Below are positions 46,924 through 55,783 of a DNA stretch of 64,000 bases, piece by piece; within the stretch, counting starts at the first letter, position 1; every line of letters starts with the position of its first letter. The translations under genes were made by a program, and so were the position numbers. The notes below the pieces were generated by a model. That model saw only the letters and a program-made list of their open reading frames with translations, did no database searches and was not told where the DNA came from. This stretch comes from Rhodobacter sp. (lineage in GTDB: Bacteria > Pseudomonadota > Alphaproteobacteria > Rhodobacterales > Rhodobacteraceae). The stretch lies in assembly GCA_020250175.1 (NCBI GenBank), contig JADCEN010000001.1:10996-74995 (forward strand), given 5' to 3'.

Positions 46924-47919
46924 ATGAAAAGAAGAACCTTTGGCACGCTGATGGCGGGCGTTGCTTTTGCCGCCACCCTTGCCACCGGGGCACTGGCCCA
47001 GGACAAGCCCACCATGGGCGTTGTCGTGAAGATCGGCGGCATCCCGTGGTTCAATGCCATGGAGATGGGAATTCAGGAAAAAGGTGCCGAACTTGGCGTC
47101 GATGCCACGATGATCGGGCCGACCAGCGCCGATCCGGCCTTGCAGGTCCGCGCGATCGAGGACCTGATTGCCAAGGGCGTCGATGTCATCGGCGTGGTGC
47201 CGAACGATGAGGCCGCGCTGGAGCCGGTGCTTGAAAAGGCACGCGCGGCGGGGATCAAGGTCGTCAGCCACGAGGGCCCCGGCCTCAAGAACGTGGACTG
47301 GAACTTCGAACTGGCCTCGGCCAAGGGCTTTGGCGAGACCCATGCCGAACTTCTGGCGCAGAAGATGGGCGGCAAGGGCGAGTATGTCGTTTATGTCGGC
47401 AGCCTGACCGTGCCGCTGCACAACGCCTGGGCAGACTACGCCATCGCCTATCTGGGCGAGAAGTACCCGGATATGACGCTGATCGGCGAACGCTACGGCG
47501 TGGCCGAATCGGTGGACGACAGCCGCAAGACGGCGCTTGACCTGATGGCCGCGAACCCCGGCCTGACCGGCTTTCTGGCCTTCGGCAGCCAGGGACCGAT
47601 CGGTGCCGGTCGCGCCGTGGAAGAGCGGCGGATGGTTGGCCAGGTCCATGTCCTTGGGCCGTTCTCGCCCGGACAGGGTCGGGACCTTGTAAAGTCGGGC
47701 GCAATCTCGGGCGGGTTCATGTGGAACCCTGCCGAAGCGGGCCGTGTCTTTGTGACCATGGGCGACATGCTGGTTGACGGGGTCGAAATCACCGACGGCA
47801 CCGACATTCCGGGCCTTGGCGTCGTGTCGCCCGATTTCGAGAACCGCGATATCATCACCGACAACCTGATCGCCATCAACGCCGAGACGGTGGACGGGCT
47901 GGCGGACCTCGGTCTCTGA
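46924..47919 (+). CDS. Periplasmic sugar-binding protein (PBP1; LsrB/RhaS-like)
   Basis: Signal peptide MKRRTFGTLMAGVAFAATLATGALA. 331 aa. GGGAGGAAG Shine-Dalgarno sequence. Confidence 0.85.
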   Translation: MKRRTFGTLMAGVAFAATLATGALAQDKPTMGVVVKIGGIPWFNAMEMGIQEKGAELGVDATMIGPTSADPALQVRAIEDLIAKGVDVIGVVPNDEAALEPVLEKARAAGIKVVSHEGPGLKNVDWNFELASAKGFGETHAELLAQKMGGKGEYVVYVGSLTVPLHNAWADYAIAYLGEKYPDMTLIGERYGVAESVDDSRKTALDLMAANPGLTGFLAFGSQGPIGAGRAVEERRMVGQVHVLGPFSPGQGRDLVKSGAISGGFMWNPAEAGRVFVTMGDMLVDGVEITDGTDIPGLGVVSPDFENRDIITDNLIAINAETVDGLADLGL

Positions 47920-47931
47920 CCTTTCGACGCG

Positions 47932-47958
47932 CCGGGGCCGCCGCAGCGGCGGCCCCGG
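47932..47958 (+). other. 12-bp GC hairpin after the SBP gene (no U-tract)
   Basis: CCGGGGCCGCCG-CAG-CGGCGGCCCCGG. Confidence 0.45.
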
Positions 47959-47979
47959 GCCATTGCCAAAGGGACCGGC

Positions 47980-48531
47980 ATGAGCCTTTACCAGACTGCC
48001 TTGGATGAGCTGGGCGGCACCTTTGCGCGCCTTGATGACAGTGCGGTCGATGCGCTGATCGAGCGGCTGGCGCGGGCCCGGCGGATCGTGGTCTTCGGCG
48101 GCGGTCGTGAAAAGCTGCAGATCATGGGCTTTGCGATGCGCCTTTTCCACATGGGGCTGAATGCCGCCGTGGAAGGCGATATGACCACCCCCTCCGTTGG
48201 CCCCGGCGACGTGTTTCTGGTCACTTGCGGGCCGGGCTATATCTCGACCGCCGAGGCGCTGATGCGCGTGGCAAGAGAGGCGGGGGCCGAAGTGCTGTTC
48301 ATCACCGCCCAGCCCACCGGCCGCTGCGCGCCCCTTGCCGATCTGATCCTGCATCTGCCTGCGCAGACCATGGCGGACGACCTTGGCGACAGGAAGACCT
48401 CGGTGTTGCCGATGGGCAGCCTGTTCGAAGGCGCGCTTTTCGTGCTGTTCGAGGTGATGGTTCTGAAACTGAAGGCGCGGCTGGGTATCTCCGCCGACGC
48501 GATGCGCGCGAACCACACCAACCTGGAATGA
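47980..48531 (+). CDS. SIS-domain protein, 6-phospho-3-hexuloisomerase (HxlB)-like
   Basis: 183 aa. ...RRIVVFGGGREKLQIMGFAMRLFHMG...VFLVTCGPGYISTAEA...FITAQP is the PHI-type single-SIS architecture. Confidence 0.7.
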   Translation: MSLYQTALDELGGTFARLDDSAVDALIERLARARRIVVFGGGREKLQIMGFAMRLFHMGLNAAVEGDMTTPSVGPGDVFLVTCGPGYISTAEALMRVAREAGAEVLFITAQPTGRCAPLADLILHLPAQTMADDLGDRKTSVLPMGSLFEGALFVLFEVMVLKLKARLGISADAMRANHTNLE

Positions 48532-50039
48532 CGATGCCCGCCGATGCCGTTGCCCCGGACGCGCTGCGCTTTTCCGCAATCTCCAAGATCTTCGGGGGTG
48601 TGAAGGCGGTGGATGACGTGTCCTTCACGGTCGGCACCGGAGAGGTGCATTGCCTTGCGGGCGAAAACGGCTGCGGAAAATCGACGCTGATCAAGATCAT
48701 CACCGGCGTCTATCAGCCCGAACCGGGGGCCGCGATGGAGATTTTCGGGCAGGCCTATGCCCAGATCTCGCCCACACAGGCCCGCAAGGCCGGAATCGCG
48801 GTTATCTGGCAGGACCTTGCGCTGTTCGCCGAAATGACGGTGGCCGAGAATATCGCCTTCGAGACGATCCTGGGAAACCGCCCGCGCGCCGTGTCCTACG
48901 CCCGGCTGCGCCGGGTGGCGGCGGCGGCCCTTGCCCGGCTGGACGTTGACCTTGACCTTGATGCCCGGCTGGGCACCCTGCCCATCGCGCAGCGGCAGAT
49001 CGTGGCAATCGCCCGGGCGCTGGTCAGCGATGCCCGGCTGATCTTCATGGATGAACCCACCGCCAGCCTGACAGAGTCGGAGACCGACGCGCTTTTGTCG
49101 GTTGTGCGCAACTTGTCCGCGCGCGGCGTGGCGGTCGTGTTCGTCAGCCACCGCCTGGCCGAGGTGCTGGAAATCTCGTCCCGCGTCACCGTCCTGCGCG
49201 ATGGCAAGCTGGTCGGGGTCTTTCCCACCGAAGGCCTGACGCATTCGCGCCTGACCGAACTGATGACCGGCACCGTCATCTCGCATGACGTGATGGCCCG
49301 CGACACCGGGGGCCGCCCCGAGGTGTTGCGCATCGAGGGCCTGACCCGCGCCGGGGAATTCGAGGATATCTCGCTTACCCTGCGCGCGGGCGAGGTTGTG
49401 GGCCTGACCGGTCTGATTGGCGCGGGCCGGACCGAGCTGTGCCACAGCCTTTTCGGGATGACCCGGGCCGACCGGGGCCGCATCACGCTGAACGGACAGG
49501 ACCTGCAGCTTCGATCAAACCGCGATGCCGTGGCAGCAGGCATTGCCTATGTTTCCGAAGACCGGCTGGCCCTGGGCCTGATCCAGCCGCAGTCGATTGC
49601 CGACAATACCGTGCTGTCGGTGCTGCGGCAGATCAGCGGGGCGGGCGGCCTTCTGTCTTCGCGGAAAAAGGATGCCACCGTCAGCCATTGGATCAAAAAG
49701 CTTGCAGTCAAGATCGGCACGCCGGCGGATGCGGTCAGCACGCTGTCCGGGGGCAACCAGCAGCGCATTGTGCTGGCCAAATGGCTTGCGACCCGGCCGA
49801 AGGTGCTGCTTCTTGACTGTCCGACCGTTGGCGTCGATGTCGGCGCGCGTGCGGGCATCTTCCGCATCGTGCGCCAGTTGGCCGAACAGGGGCTTGCCAT
49901 CCTTCTGGTCAGCGACGAGGTGCCGGAAGTCTTTCTGAACGCCGACCGCGTCCTGCACATGGCGGGCGGGCGGATCGCCCACGAATGGGATCCGCGCCGG
50001 ACCGGCCTGCCGGAGATGGAGGCCGCCGTCTATGCATAG
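48528..50039 (+). CDS. Sugar ABC transporter ATP-binding protein (duplicated ATPase, CUT2)
   Basis: Walker A GENGCGKST and two ABC signatures. 503 aa. Confidence 0.9.
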   Translation: MTMPADAVAPDALRFSAISKIFGGVKAVDDVSFTVGTGEVHCLAGENGCGKSTLIKIITGVYQPEPGAAMEIFGQAYAQISPTQARKAGIAVIWQDLALFAEMTVAENIAFETILGNRPRAVSYARLRRVAAAALARLDVDLDLDARLGTLPIAQRQIVAIARALVSDARLIFMDEPTASLTESETDALLSVVRNLSARGVAVVFVSHRLAEVLEISSRVTVLRDGKLVGVFPTEGLTHSRLTELMTGTVISHDVMARDTGGRPEVLRIEGLTRAGEFEDISLTLRAGEVVGLTGLIGAGRTELCHSLFGMTRADRGRITLNGQDLQLRSNRDAVAAGIAYVSEDRLALGLIQPQSIADNTVLSVLRQISGAGGLLSSRKKDATVSHWIKKLAVKIGTPADAVSTLSGGNQQRIVLAKWLATRPKVLLLDCPTVGVDVGARAGIFRIVRQLAEQGLAILLVSDEVPEVFLNADRVLHMAGGRIAHEWDPRRTGLPEMEAAVYA

Positions 50040-51027
50040 CTTCCTGCGCGCCTATCCGACCGAGGCGAAACTGCTGGCCGTTCTGGTTCTGATCTGCATC
50101 GGCCTGTCCATCGCATCGCCCGATTTCCTGACGCTGGTGAATTTCACCAGCCTTCTGAACAACAACGCCGTCAATGTCATCTGGGCCGTCGGTCTTCTGG
50201 TTGTGCTGATCGCGGGCGGGATCGACATTTCATTCGCTGTCGCGGCAAGCGTGGTGCAGTATCTTTGCGTTTATGCCTTTGCGGCCATCGGCGGCGGCAA
50301 CTGGGCCATCGGGTTCCTGTTTGCGGGTGGTTTCGGCCTGGCGCTGGGGCTGGTCAACGCCTTTCTGATCCATCAGTTCCGGATCGTGTCCATCGTTGTG
50401 ACCATTTCCACATTCAACGCCTTTTTCGGTCTTCTGATGTTCTTTTCGTCGGGCCGGTTTCTTTACAACCTGCCTTCCTGGTGGTCGGGCCGGGTGATCC
50501 TGTGGGAATACCAGACTGCAAACGGCACCTGGGCCGAGTTGATCCTGCCGGTTCTTGTCATGGCCGTCTGCATGGCGGCAACCTGGGTGCTGATCCGGCG
50601 TACCACCACGGGGCGGCAGTTGTACGCCTTTGGCGACAATCCCGAAGGCGCACGGCGCGCAGGCATCCCGATCGGGCTGATGCAGGCGATTGCCTTTGGC
50701 TGGTGCGGCATGATGGCCGGGATCGCCGGCCTGATGCAGGCGCATATCACCAAAGAGGTGGTCCCCAATGCGCTTGTCGGGCGCGAGCTTGAAGTACTGG
50801 CGGCCGTCGTGCTGGGCGGTGCGCGACTGGGCGGGGGGCGCGGGTCGGTTCTGGGGTGCTTTCTTGGGGTTCTTCTGGTTGCGGTCACCCAGAACGGGCT
50901 GAACCTGCTGGGTGTTTCGCCCTATGCCTTCAAGATGGTGGTTGGCGTCATCATCCTGCTTGCGATCTCCACCTCCAACCTCGACCCGGCCCGGCTGTTC
51001 GATCCCCGGAAAGGACGAAGGGCATGA
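50032..51027 (+). CDS. Sugar ABC transporter permease (CUT2)
   Basis: RbsC-like multi-TM protein of 331 aa. Confidence 0.85.
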   Translation: MHSFLRAYPTEAKLLAVLVLICIGLSIASPDFLTLVNFTSLLNNNAVNVIWAVGLLVVLIAGGIDISFAVAASVVQYLCVYAFAAIGGGNWAIGFLFAGGFGLALGLVNAFLIHQFRIVSIVVTISTFNAFFGLLMFFSSGRFLYNLPSWWSGRVILWEYQTANGTWAELILPVLVMAVCMAATWVLIRRTTTGRQLYAFGDNPEGARRAGIPIGLMQAIAFGWCGMMAGIAGLMQAHITKEVVPNALVGRELEVLAAVVLGGARLGGGRGSVLGCFLGVLLVAVTQNGLNLLGVSPYAFKMVVGVIILLAISTSNLDPARLFDPRKGRRA

Positions 51028-52019
51028 CCGGTCTTTACCGCCGCCTCTTTGTCGCCTCCGGGCCCGAGGTGCCGGGCCTTCTGGGCTTTCTGGTGCTGGT
51101 TCTTGTCGTCTTCGGGGTCTTCGCGCCGAACTTTCTGACCGGGGCCAACTTCGGCTCCATCGCCTTCCAGCTTCCCGAACTGGGGCTGCTGACGCTGGCC
51201 ATGCTGATGCCCATCATCTCGGGCGGGTTCAATCTGGCCATCATCTACACCGCCAACATGGCCGGGCTGACGCTTGCCTTCGTCCTCAAGCAATACGGCG
51301 GGATCGATGCGGGCTACGGGCCATTCATTCTGGGCACGGTCCTTGCCATCGGCGTCGGTGCCCTGTCGGGTGCCGTCATGGGGGCCGTCATCGCCTATGT
51401 CGGTGCGCATCCGATCCTGGTCTCGCTGGCGATGATGATCTTCCTGCGCGGGCTTGGCGAATTCCTGACCAAGGGCGGCGACATCTCGGGCTTTCCGGCC
51501 TGGATGGCCACGCTGGGCCACGGCACGGTCCTGGGCATTCCGGTGCCGCTGATCCTGTTCCTGATCTGCGCGGTCCTGTGGCACATCCTGCTGACCCACA
51601 CCCGACACGGCTTTTCCGTCCGGATGATCGGTTCCAACATCCGCGCCGCCGCCTATTCCGGCCTTAACACCAGGCGCACGCTGATCCTGATCTACACCCT
51701 TTCAGGGGTGATGTGCGCCATTGCCGGAATTCTGATGCTGTCCCGCTTCAACTCGGTCCGCGTCGGCCATGGCGAGGCGCTGCTCCTCGTCACGGTGCTG
51801 GCCTGCTTTCTGGGCGGGGTGGACCCCTTCGGCGGTTTCGGCCGCGTACTGCCGGTGGTGATCGCGCTCATCGTGCTGCAGGTCCTGTCGTCGGGGCTGA
51901 ACCTTCTGGGTGCAAACCAACATCTGTCGACCGCCGTCTGGGGCCTGTTCCTTGTCGGCGTGATGATCCTGCGCTGGGGCGCGGGCTGGATATCTGAACG
52001 AAGACGCAGAGGGAGTTGA
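51024..52019 (+). CDS. Sugar ABC transporter permease (CUT2)
   Basis: Second RbsC-like permease. ATGA overlap at 51024. Confidence 0.85.
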   Translation: MTGLYRRLFVASGPEVPGLLGFLVLVLVVFGVFAPNFLTGANFGSIAFQLPELGLLTLAMLMPIISGGFNLAIIYTANMAGLTLAFVLKQYGGIDAGYGPFILGTVLAIGVGALSGAVMGAVIAYVGAHPILVSLAMMIFLRGLGEFLTKGGDISGFPAWMATLGHGTVLGIPVPLILFLICAVLWHILLTHTRHGFSVRMIGSNIRAAAYSGLNTRRTLILIYTLSGVMCAIAGILMLSRFNSVRVGHGEALLLVTVLACFLGGVDPFGGFGRVLPVVIALIVLQVLSSGLNLLGANQHLSTAVWGLFLVGVMILRWGAGWISERRRRGS

Positions 52020-52021
52020 AG

Positions 52022-52870
52022 ATGGAAGGTTTCGGCGTTCATACCAGCATGTGGACCATGCACTGGGACCGGGCGGGGGCGGAAAAGACCATTCCTGCCG
52101 CCGCAGCCTATAAGATGGATTTCATCGAAATCGCCTTGCTGGACACGTCGATAGTCGATGCGGCCCACACCCGTGCGCTTTTGGACAGGCATGGGATGCG
52201 GGCCGTGGCCTCGCTGGGCCTGCCGCAGAAGAACTGGGCGTCGGTCAATCCCGACGGGGCGATCGGGCATCTGTGCCGCAGCATGGACAAGGCCGCCGAG
52301 ATGGGCTGTGAAGCCCTGTCGGGCGTCACCTACGGGGGCATCGGCGAAAGAACCGGCCTGCCGCCGACCATGGCCGAATATGACAACATCGCCAGGGCCT
52401 TGACCGCCGCCGCCAAACACGCCAAGACCCTGGGGATCGCCTTTGGGATCGAGCCGGTGAACCGGTACGAGAACCACCTGATCAACACCGGCGCACAAGC
52501 GAAATGGATGATCGAGAAGGTCGGCGCCGACAACATCTTCATCCACCTTGATACCTACCACATGAACATCGAGGAAAAGGGCGCGGGCAACGGCATCCTC
52601 GATGCGCGTGAGCATTTGCGCTACATCCACCTGTCGGAATCCGACCGTGGCACCCCGGGCGAAGGCACCTGCGACTGGGACGAGGTTTATGCAACCCTGG
52701 CCGCCATCGGCTTCAAGGGCGGGCTGGCGATGGAGTCCTTCATCAACATGCCGCCCGAGGTGGGATATGGCCTTGCCGTCTGGCGCCCGGTGGCCGAGAA
52801 TTTCGAGGCCGTGATGGACAAGGGCCTGCCGTTCCTGCGCAACAAGGCCAAACAGTATCGGCTGATCTGA
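52022..52870 (+). CDS. Ketose 3-epimerase-like sugar isomerase/epimerase (xylose-isomerase-like TIM barrel)
   Basis: EPVNRYE and HLDTYHMNIEE motifs, as in D-tagatose/D-psicose 3-epimerases. ATG at 52022 follows GAGGGAG. Confidence 0.8.
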   Translation: MEGFGVHTSMWTMHWDRAGAEKTIPAAAAYKMDFIEIALLDTSIVDAAHTRALLDRHGMRAVASLGLPQKNWASVNPDGAIGHLCRSMDKAAEMGCEALSGVTYGGIGERTGLPPTMAEYDNIARALTAAAKHAKTLGIAFGIEPVNRYENHLINTGAQAKWMIEKVGADNIFIHLDTYHMNIEEKGAGNGILDAREHLRYIHLSESDRGTPGEGTCDWDEVYATLAAIGFKGGLAMESFINMPPEVGYGLAVWRPVAENFEAVMDKGLPFLRNKAKQYRLI

Positions 52871-52877
52871 GGGTGTG

Positions 52878-54290
52878 ATGGGCACCGAAGCGGGCGCGGC
52901 CACCGTTGCGGTTCTGGATGTCGGCAAGTCCAACGTGAAGCTGTCGGCCTGCACGGCCGACGGCCATGTGGTTGAAACGCTTGCGCTTTCGAATACGGTT
53001 CTGGACGGTCCGCCCTGGCGGCACCATGACCTGCCCGCCCAGAACGCCTTTGTGCTGGAAGGGCTGGCCAGCCTGGCCCGCCACCATCCGCTGGTGCATT
53101 TCGTTGCCTCCGGCCATGGTTCCGGCGGAATGCTGGTGGGGGATGATCCCGATCAGAACGGCACCGGGCTGGTCCTGCCGATGGTCGATTATGAACAGCC
53201 CCTGCCGCCGGGCCTTGACGCCGCCTACGCGCCGCAGTCGGGCGGGTTCTTTGACCGCGGCTCGGCGGTGATGATGGCGGCAACGCATACCGCCCGGCAG
53301 ATGTTCTGGGCCGAAACTGCCGAACCGCAGGCCTTTGCCACCGCCCGCTGGTGCCTTGGCATCCCGCAATACTGGGCCTGGCGGCTGTCCGGCCAAGCTG
53401 TCAGCGAGGCGTCGGTCCTGGGCGCGCAGTCCCATCTGTGGAATGTCAGGGACAAGACCTGGGCCCCCATCGTCCACAACCGGGGCTGGGGCCGTCTGAT
53501 GCCACCCTTCGCCCGCGCCGCCGCAGACCTTGGCCCGATCCGCCCCGATCTGGCCCGTCAGCATGGGCTGCCCCCGCTGCGGGTCCATACCGGGGCGCAT
53601 GACAGTTCGGTCAGCTTCTTTCGCTATCAGGCCGCCGGGCTGCAGGACTTCGTCCTTGTCTCTACCGGAACCTGGATTGTCTGTTTTGCCGACCGGATGA
53701 ACCTTGACCGCCTTGACGAGGCGCGCGGCATGACCTGCAATGCTGACATGGAAGGTGCCCCCCTGGGCGGGGTGCTGACCATGGGCGGGCGCGAATACTC
53801 CGCCGTGGCGGGCGCCCAGCCCGAAAACGCCAGGGCCGCGACCGATGTCCTGTCCCGGCTGATCGCGCAGGGCACCATGGCCCTGCCAACCTTCGGGACC
53901 AATGACGGCCAGTTCCCCGGCAGTGCGGGCAAGGGGCGCATCCTTGGCCCGCCGCCCGCAGGGCCACAGGAACGCCATGCCCTTGCGGTCCTGTACTGCG
54001 CGCTTCTCGCTGTCAGCTGCGGCGAGATGCTTGATCCTGACCGGCCCTGGGTTCTGGACGGCAGTTTCCTGCGCGACCCCGCCTTCGCGGGCCTTGTCGC
54101 AGCCCTTCGAACCGGCCAAAAGACCGTGACGGCGCCCGAAAGCTACGGCATCGCTGCGGGTGCGGCCCTGCTGTGCCGGGCGCAGGGTGGCCGTGTACCC
54201 CTTGATCTGGCACCCGCCCGGGCCCTTGGCCTTCCCGGCCTGGCTGAATATGCCGCGCGATGGCGCACCCTTGCAGGAGACACCCGATGA
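52878..54290 (+). CDS. FGGY-family carbohydrate kinase (rhamnulokinase/fuculokinase-like)
   Basis: VAVLDVGKSNVKL...HDSSVSF...STGTW with two actin-fold ATPase halves. About 470 aa. Confidence 0.8.
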   Translation: MGTEAGAATVAVLDVGKSNVKLSACTADGHVVETLALSNTVLDGPPWRHHDLPAQNAFVLEGLASLARHHPLVHFVASGHGSGGMLVGDDPDQNGTGLVLPMVDYEQPLPPGLDAAYAPQSGGFFDRGSAVMMAATHTARQMFWAETAEPQAFATARWCLGIPQYWAWRLSGQAVSEASVLGAQSHLWNVRDKTWAPIVHNRGWGRLMPPFARAAADLGPIRPDLARQHGLPPLRVHTGAHDSSVSFFRYQAAGLQDFVLVSTGTWIVCFADRMNLDRLDEARGMTCNADMEGAPLGGVLTMGGREYSAVAGAQPENARAATDVLSRLIAQGTMALPTFGTNDGQFPGSAGKGRILGPPPAGPQERHALAVLYCALLAVSCGEMLDPDRPWVLDGSFLRDPAFAGLVAALRTGQKTVTAPESYGIAAGAALLCRAQGGRVPLDLAPARALGLPGLAEYAARWRTLAGDTR

Positions 54291-54982
54291 CCCCCGAAGA
54301 CCGCGCGACAAGGCAAGCGATGATCGACACCTGCCGCGCGATGGACGCGCGCGGCATCAACCAGGGCACCGCCGGGAACCTGTCCCTGCGCCATGGCGAA
54401 GGCTTTCTGATCACGCCGTCGTCCCTGCCCTATGACAGGATGCAACCCGAAGACATCGTCGGGATGGGCTGGGACGGCACCTATGTCGGGCGCAGGCCAA
54501 GCTCGGAATGGCGCTTTCACCGCGACATCCTGAAGGCGCGCACAGACATGGATGTGGTCCTGCACTGCCATTCGCCCTATGCGACATCCATCGCCTGCCA
54601 CCACCGCACGATCCCGGCCTTTCACTATATGGTCGGGGTGATGGGCGGCACGACATTGCGCTGTGCCCGCTATGCCACCTTTGGCACCCAGGCCCTGTCG
54701 GATGCGGCGCTGGAGGCGCTGCAGGACCGCAAGGCCTGCCTTCTTGGCCAACACGGCCAGATCGCGCTGGGCAAGACCCTTGACGCAGCCCTCTGGATGG
54801 CGGTCGAGGTGGAAACACTGGCGCGGATGTACCAGCAGGCCCTTGTCCTGGGCGAGCCGCCCGTCCTGCCCAATGACGAGATGGCGCGGGTGATCGCCCA
54901 GATGACGCGGATGTCCTACGGCCTTGGTCCCGAAGAGGACGGCGCAAACGACATCGCCCGCCCCCGAACGCCGCAGAACTAG
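54287..54982 (+). CDS. Class II (metal-dependent) aldolase/adducin-family protein
   Basis: GTAGNLS...FLITPS...HCHSPYAT...LLGQHG. 231 aa. ATGA overlap with the kinase gene. Confidence 0.85.
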   Translation: MTPEDRATRQAMIDTCRAMDARGINQGTAGNLSLRHGEGFLITPSSLPYDRMQPEDIVGMGWDGTYVGRRPSSEWRFHRDILKARTDMDVVLHCHSPYATSIACHHRTIPAFHYMVGVMGGTTLRCARYATFGTQALSDAALEALQDRKACLLGQHGQIALGKTLDAALWMAVEVETLARMYQQALVLGEPPVLPNDEMARVIAQMTRMSYGLGPEEDGANDIARPRTPQN

Positions 54983-55024
54983 CGCCCCGCGCCGGCCGAT
55001 GGAGCCTGGCGGGCTGACCCCCGG

Positions 55025-55144
55025 TGTCGAGGACCAGCCGCACCGCCCGTTCACACACTTCGGGGGAAAACCTGTTCGTTGTCTTGCTCGTCATGCCCCA
55101 TCCTCCTCAGGAGTTGGAGCCTCTGGCAAACCCGGCGCGGTTCA
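55025..55144 (-). mobile_element. IS3-family left-end scar (putative IRL plus the first ~23 codons of orfA)
   Basis: The minus strand reads TGAACCGCGCCGGG...GAGGAGGATGGGGC-ATG, then MTSKTTNRFSPEVCERAVRLVLD, the IS3/IS911 OrfA N-terminal signature (NRFSPE..ERAVR.VLE). Similarity ends abruptly after that. Confidence 0.5.
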
Positions 55145-55783
55145 GTTCAGCCTTCTGCGCAGCGCCGCCAGATCGTCCTGCATCACGCCGTGCCCTTCAC
55201 CCGGATAGATGCGGGTTTCCACGGTGGCCCCCATTGCCGCCAGTGCCGCCGCACTGTCCTGCACCCGCTGCAGCGGGATATGCGGATCGCGCTGGTGCAC
55301 GCTGATCCAGACCTGCGCCCCGTCGCGCCGGCCGGGGTAGTCGAGCCGTTTCGGCGCGTGGCCATAGAGCGCCGGCTGCGGGCCGCCGGGGGCATCACCC
55401 AGCCCGACCAGCCCGCCGGACATCCCGAAGACCCCGGCAAGCCCGGCCCCGTCGCGGGCAAAGGATTCCAGCGCAAGGCAGGCCCCCTGGCTGAACCCGG
55501 CCAGCCAGATGCGGCCGCGCGGCAGGCTGTCCGCTTCCAGCCGGGCCACGGCCTCGCGCAGGGCGGCAAGTCCGGTACCGACGAAAGGCTCCATCTGCGC
55601 CATTGGTGCCAGGAAACTTGTTGGCCACCAGCTGCGGCCCGGTGCCTCGGGGGCGATTGCGGCGACATCGGGCAGGGCGGCATGGGCCAGCAGCCCAAGA
55701 ATATCCGCCGCACTGCCGCCGCGCCCGTGGGCCAGCACGATGCCGGCGCGGGCGCGACCTGCCGGGGGCCCGGCGCGCTGCAT
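55142..55783 (-). CDS. Phospholipase/carboxylesterase-family alpha/beta hydrolase
   Basis: GFSQGA nucleophile elbow. 213 aa. ATGA coupling to the upstream dioxygenase gene. Confidence 0.8.
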   Translation of the reverse strand: MQRAGPPAGRARAGIVLAHGRGGSAADILGLLAHAALPDVAAIAPEAPGRSWWPTSFLAPMAQMEPFVGTGLAALREAVARLEADSLPRGRIWLAGFSQGACLALESFARDGAGLAGVFGMSGGLVGLGDAPGGPQPALYGHAPKRLDYPGRRDGAQVWISVHQRDPHIPLQRVQDSAAALAAMGATVETRIYPGEGHGVMQDDLAALRRRLN

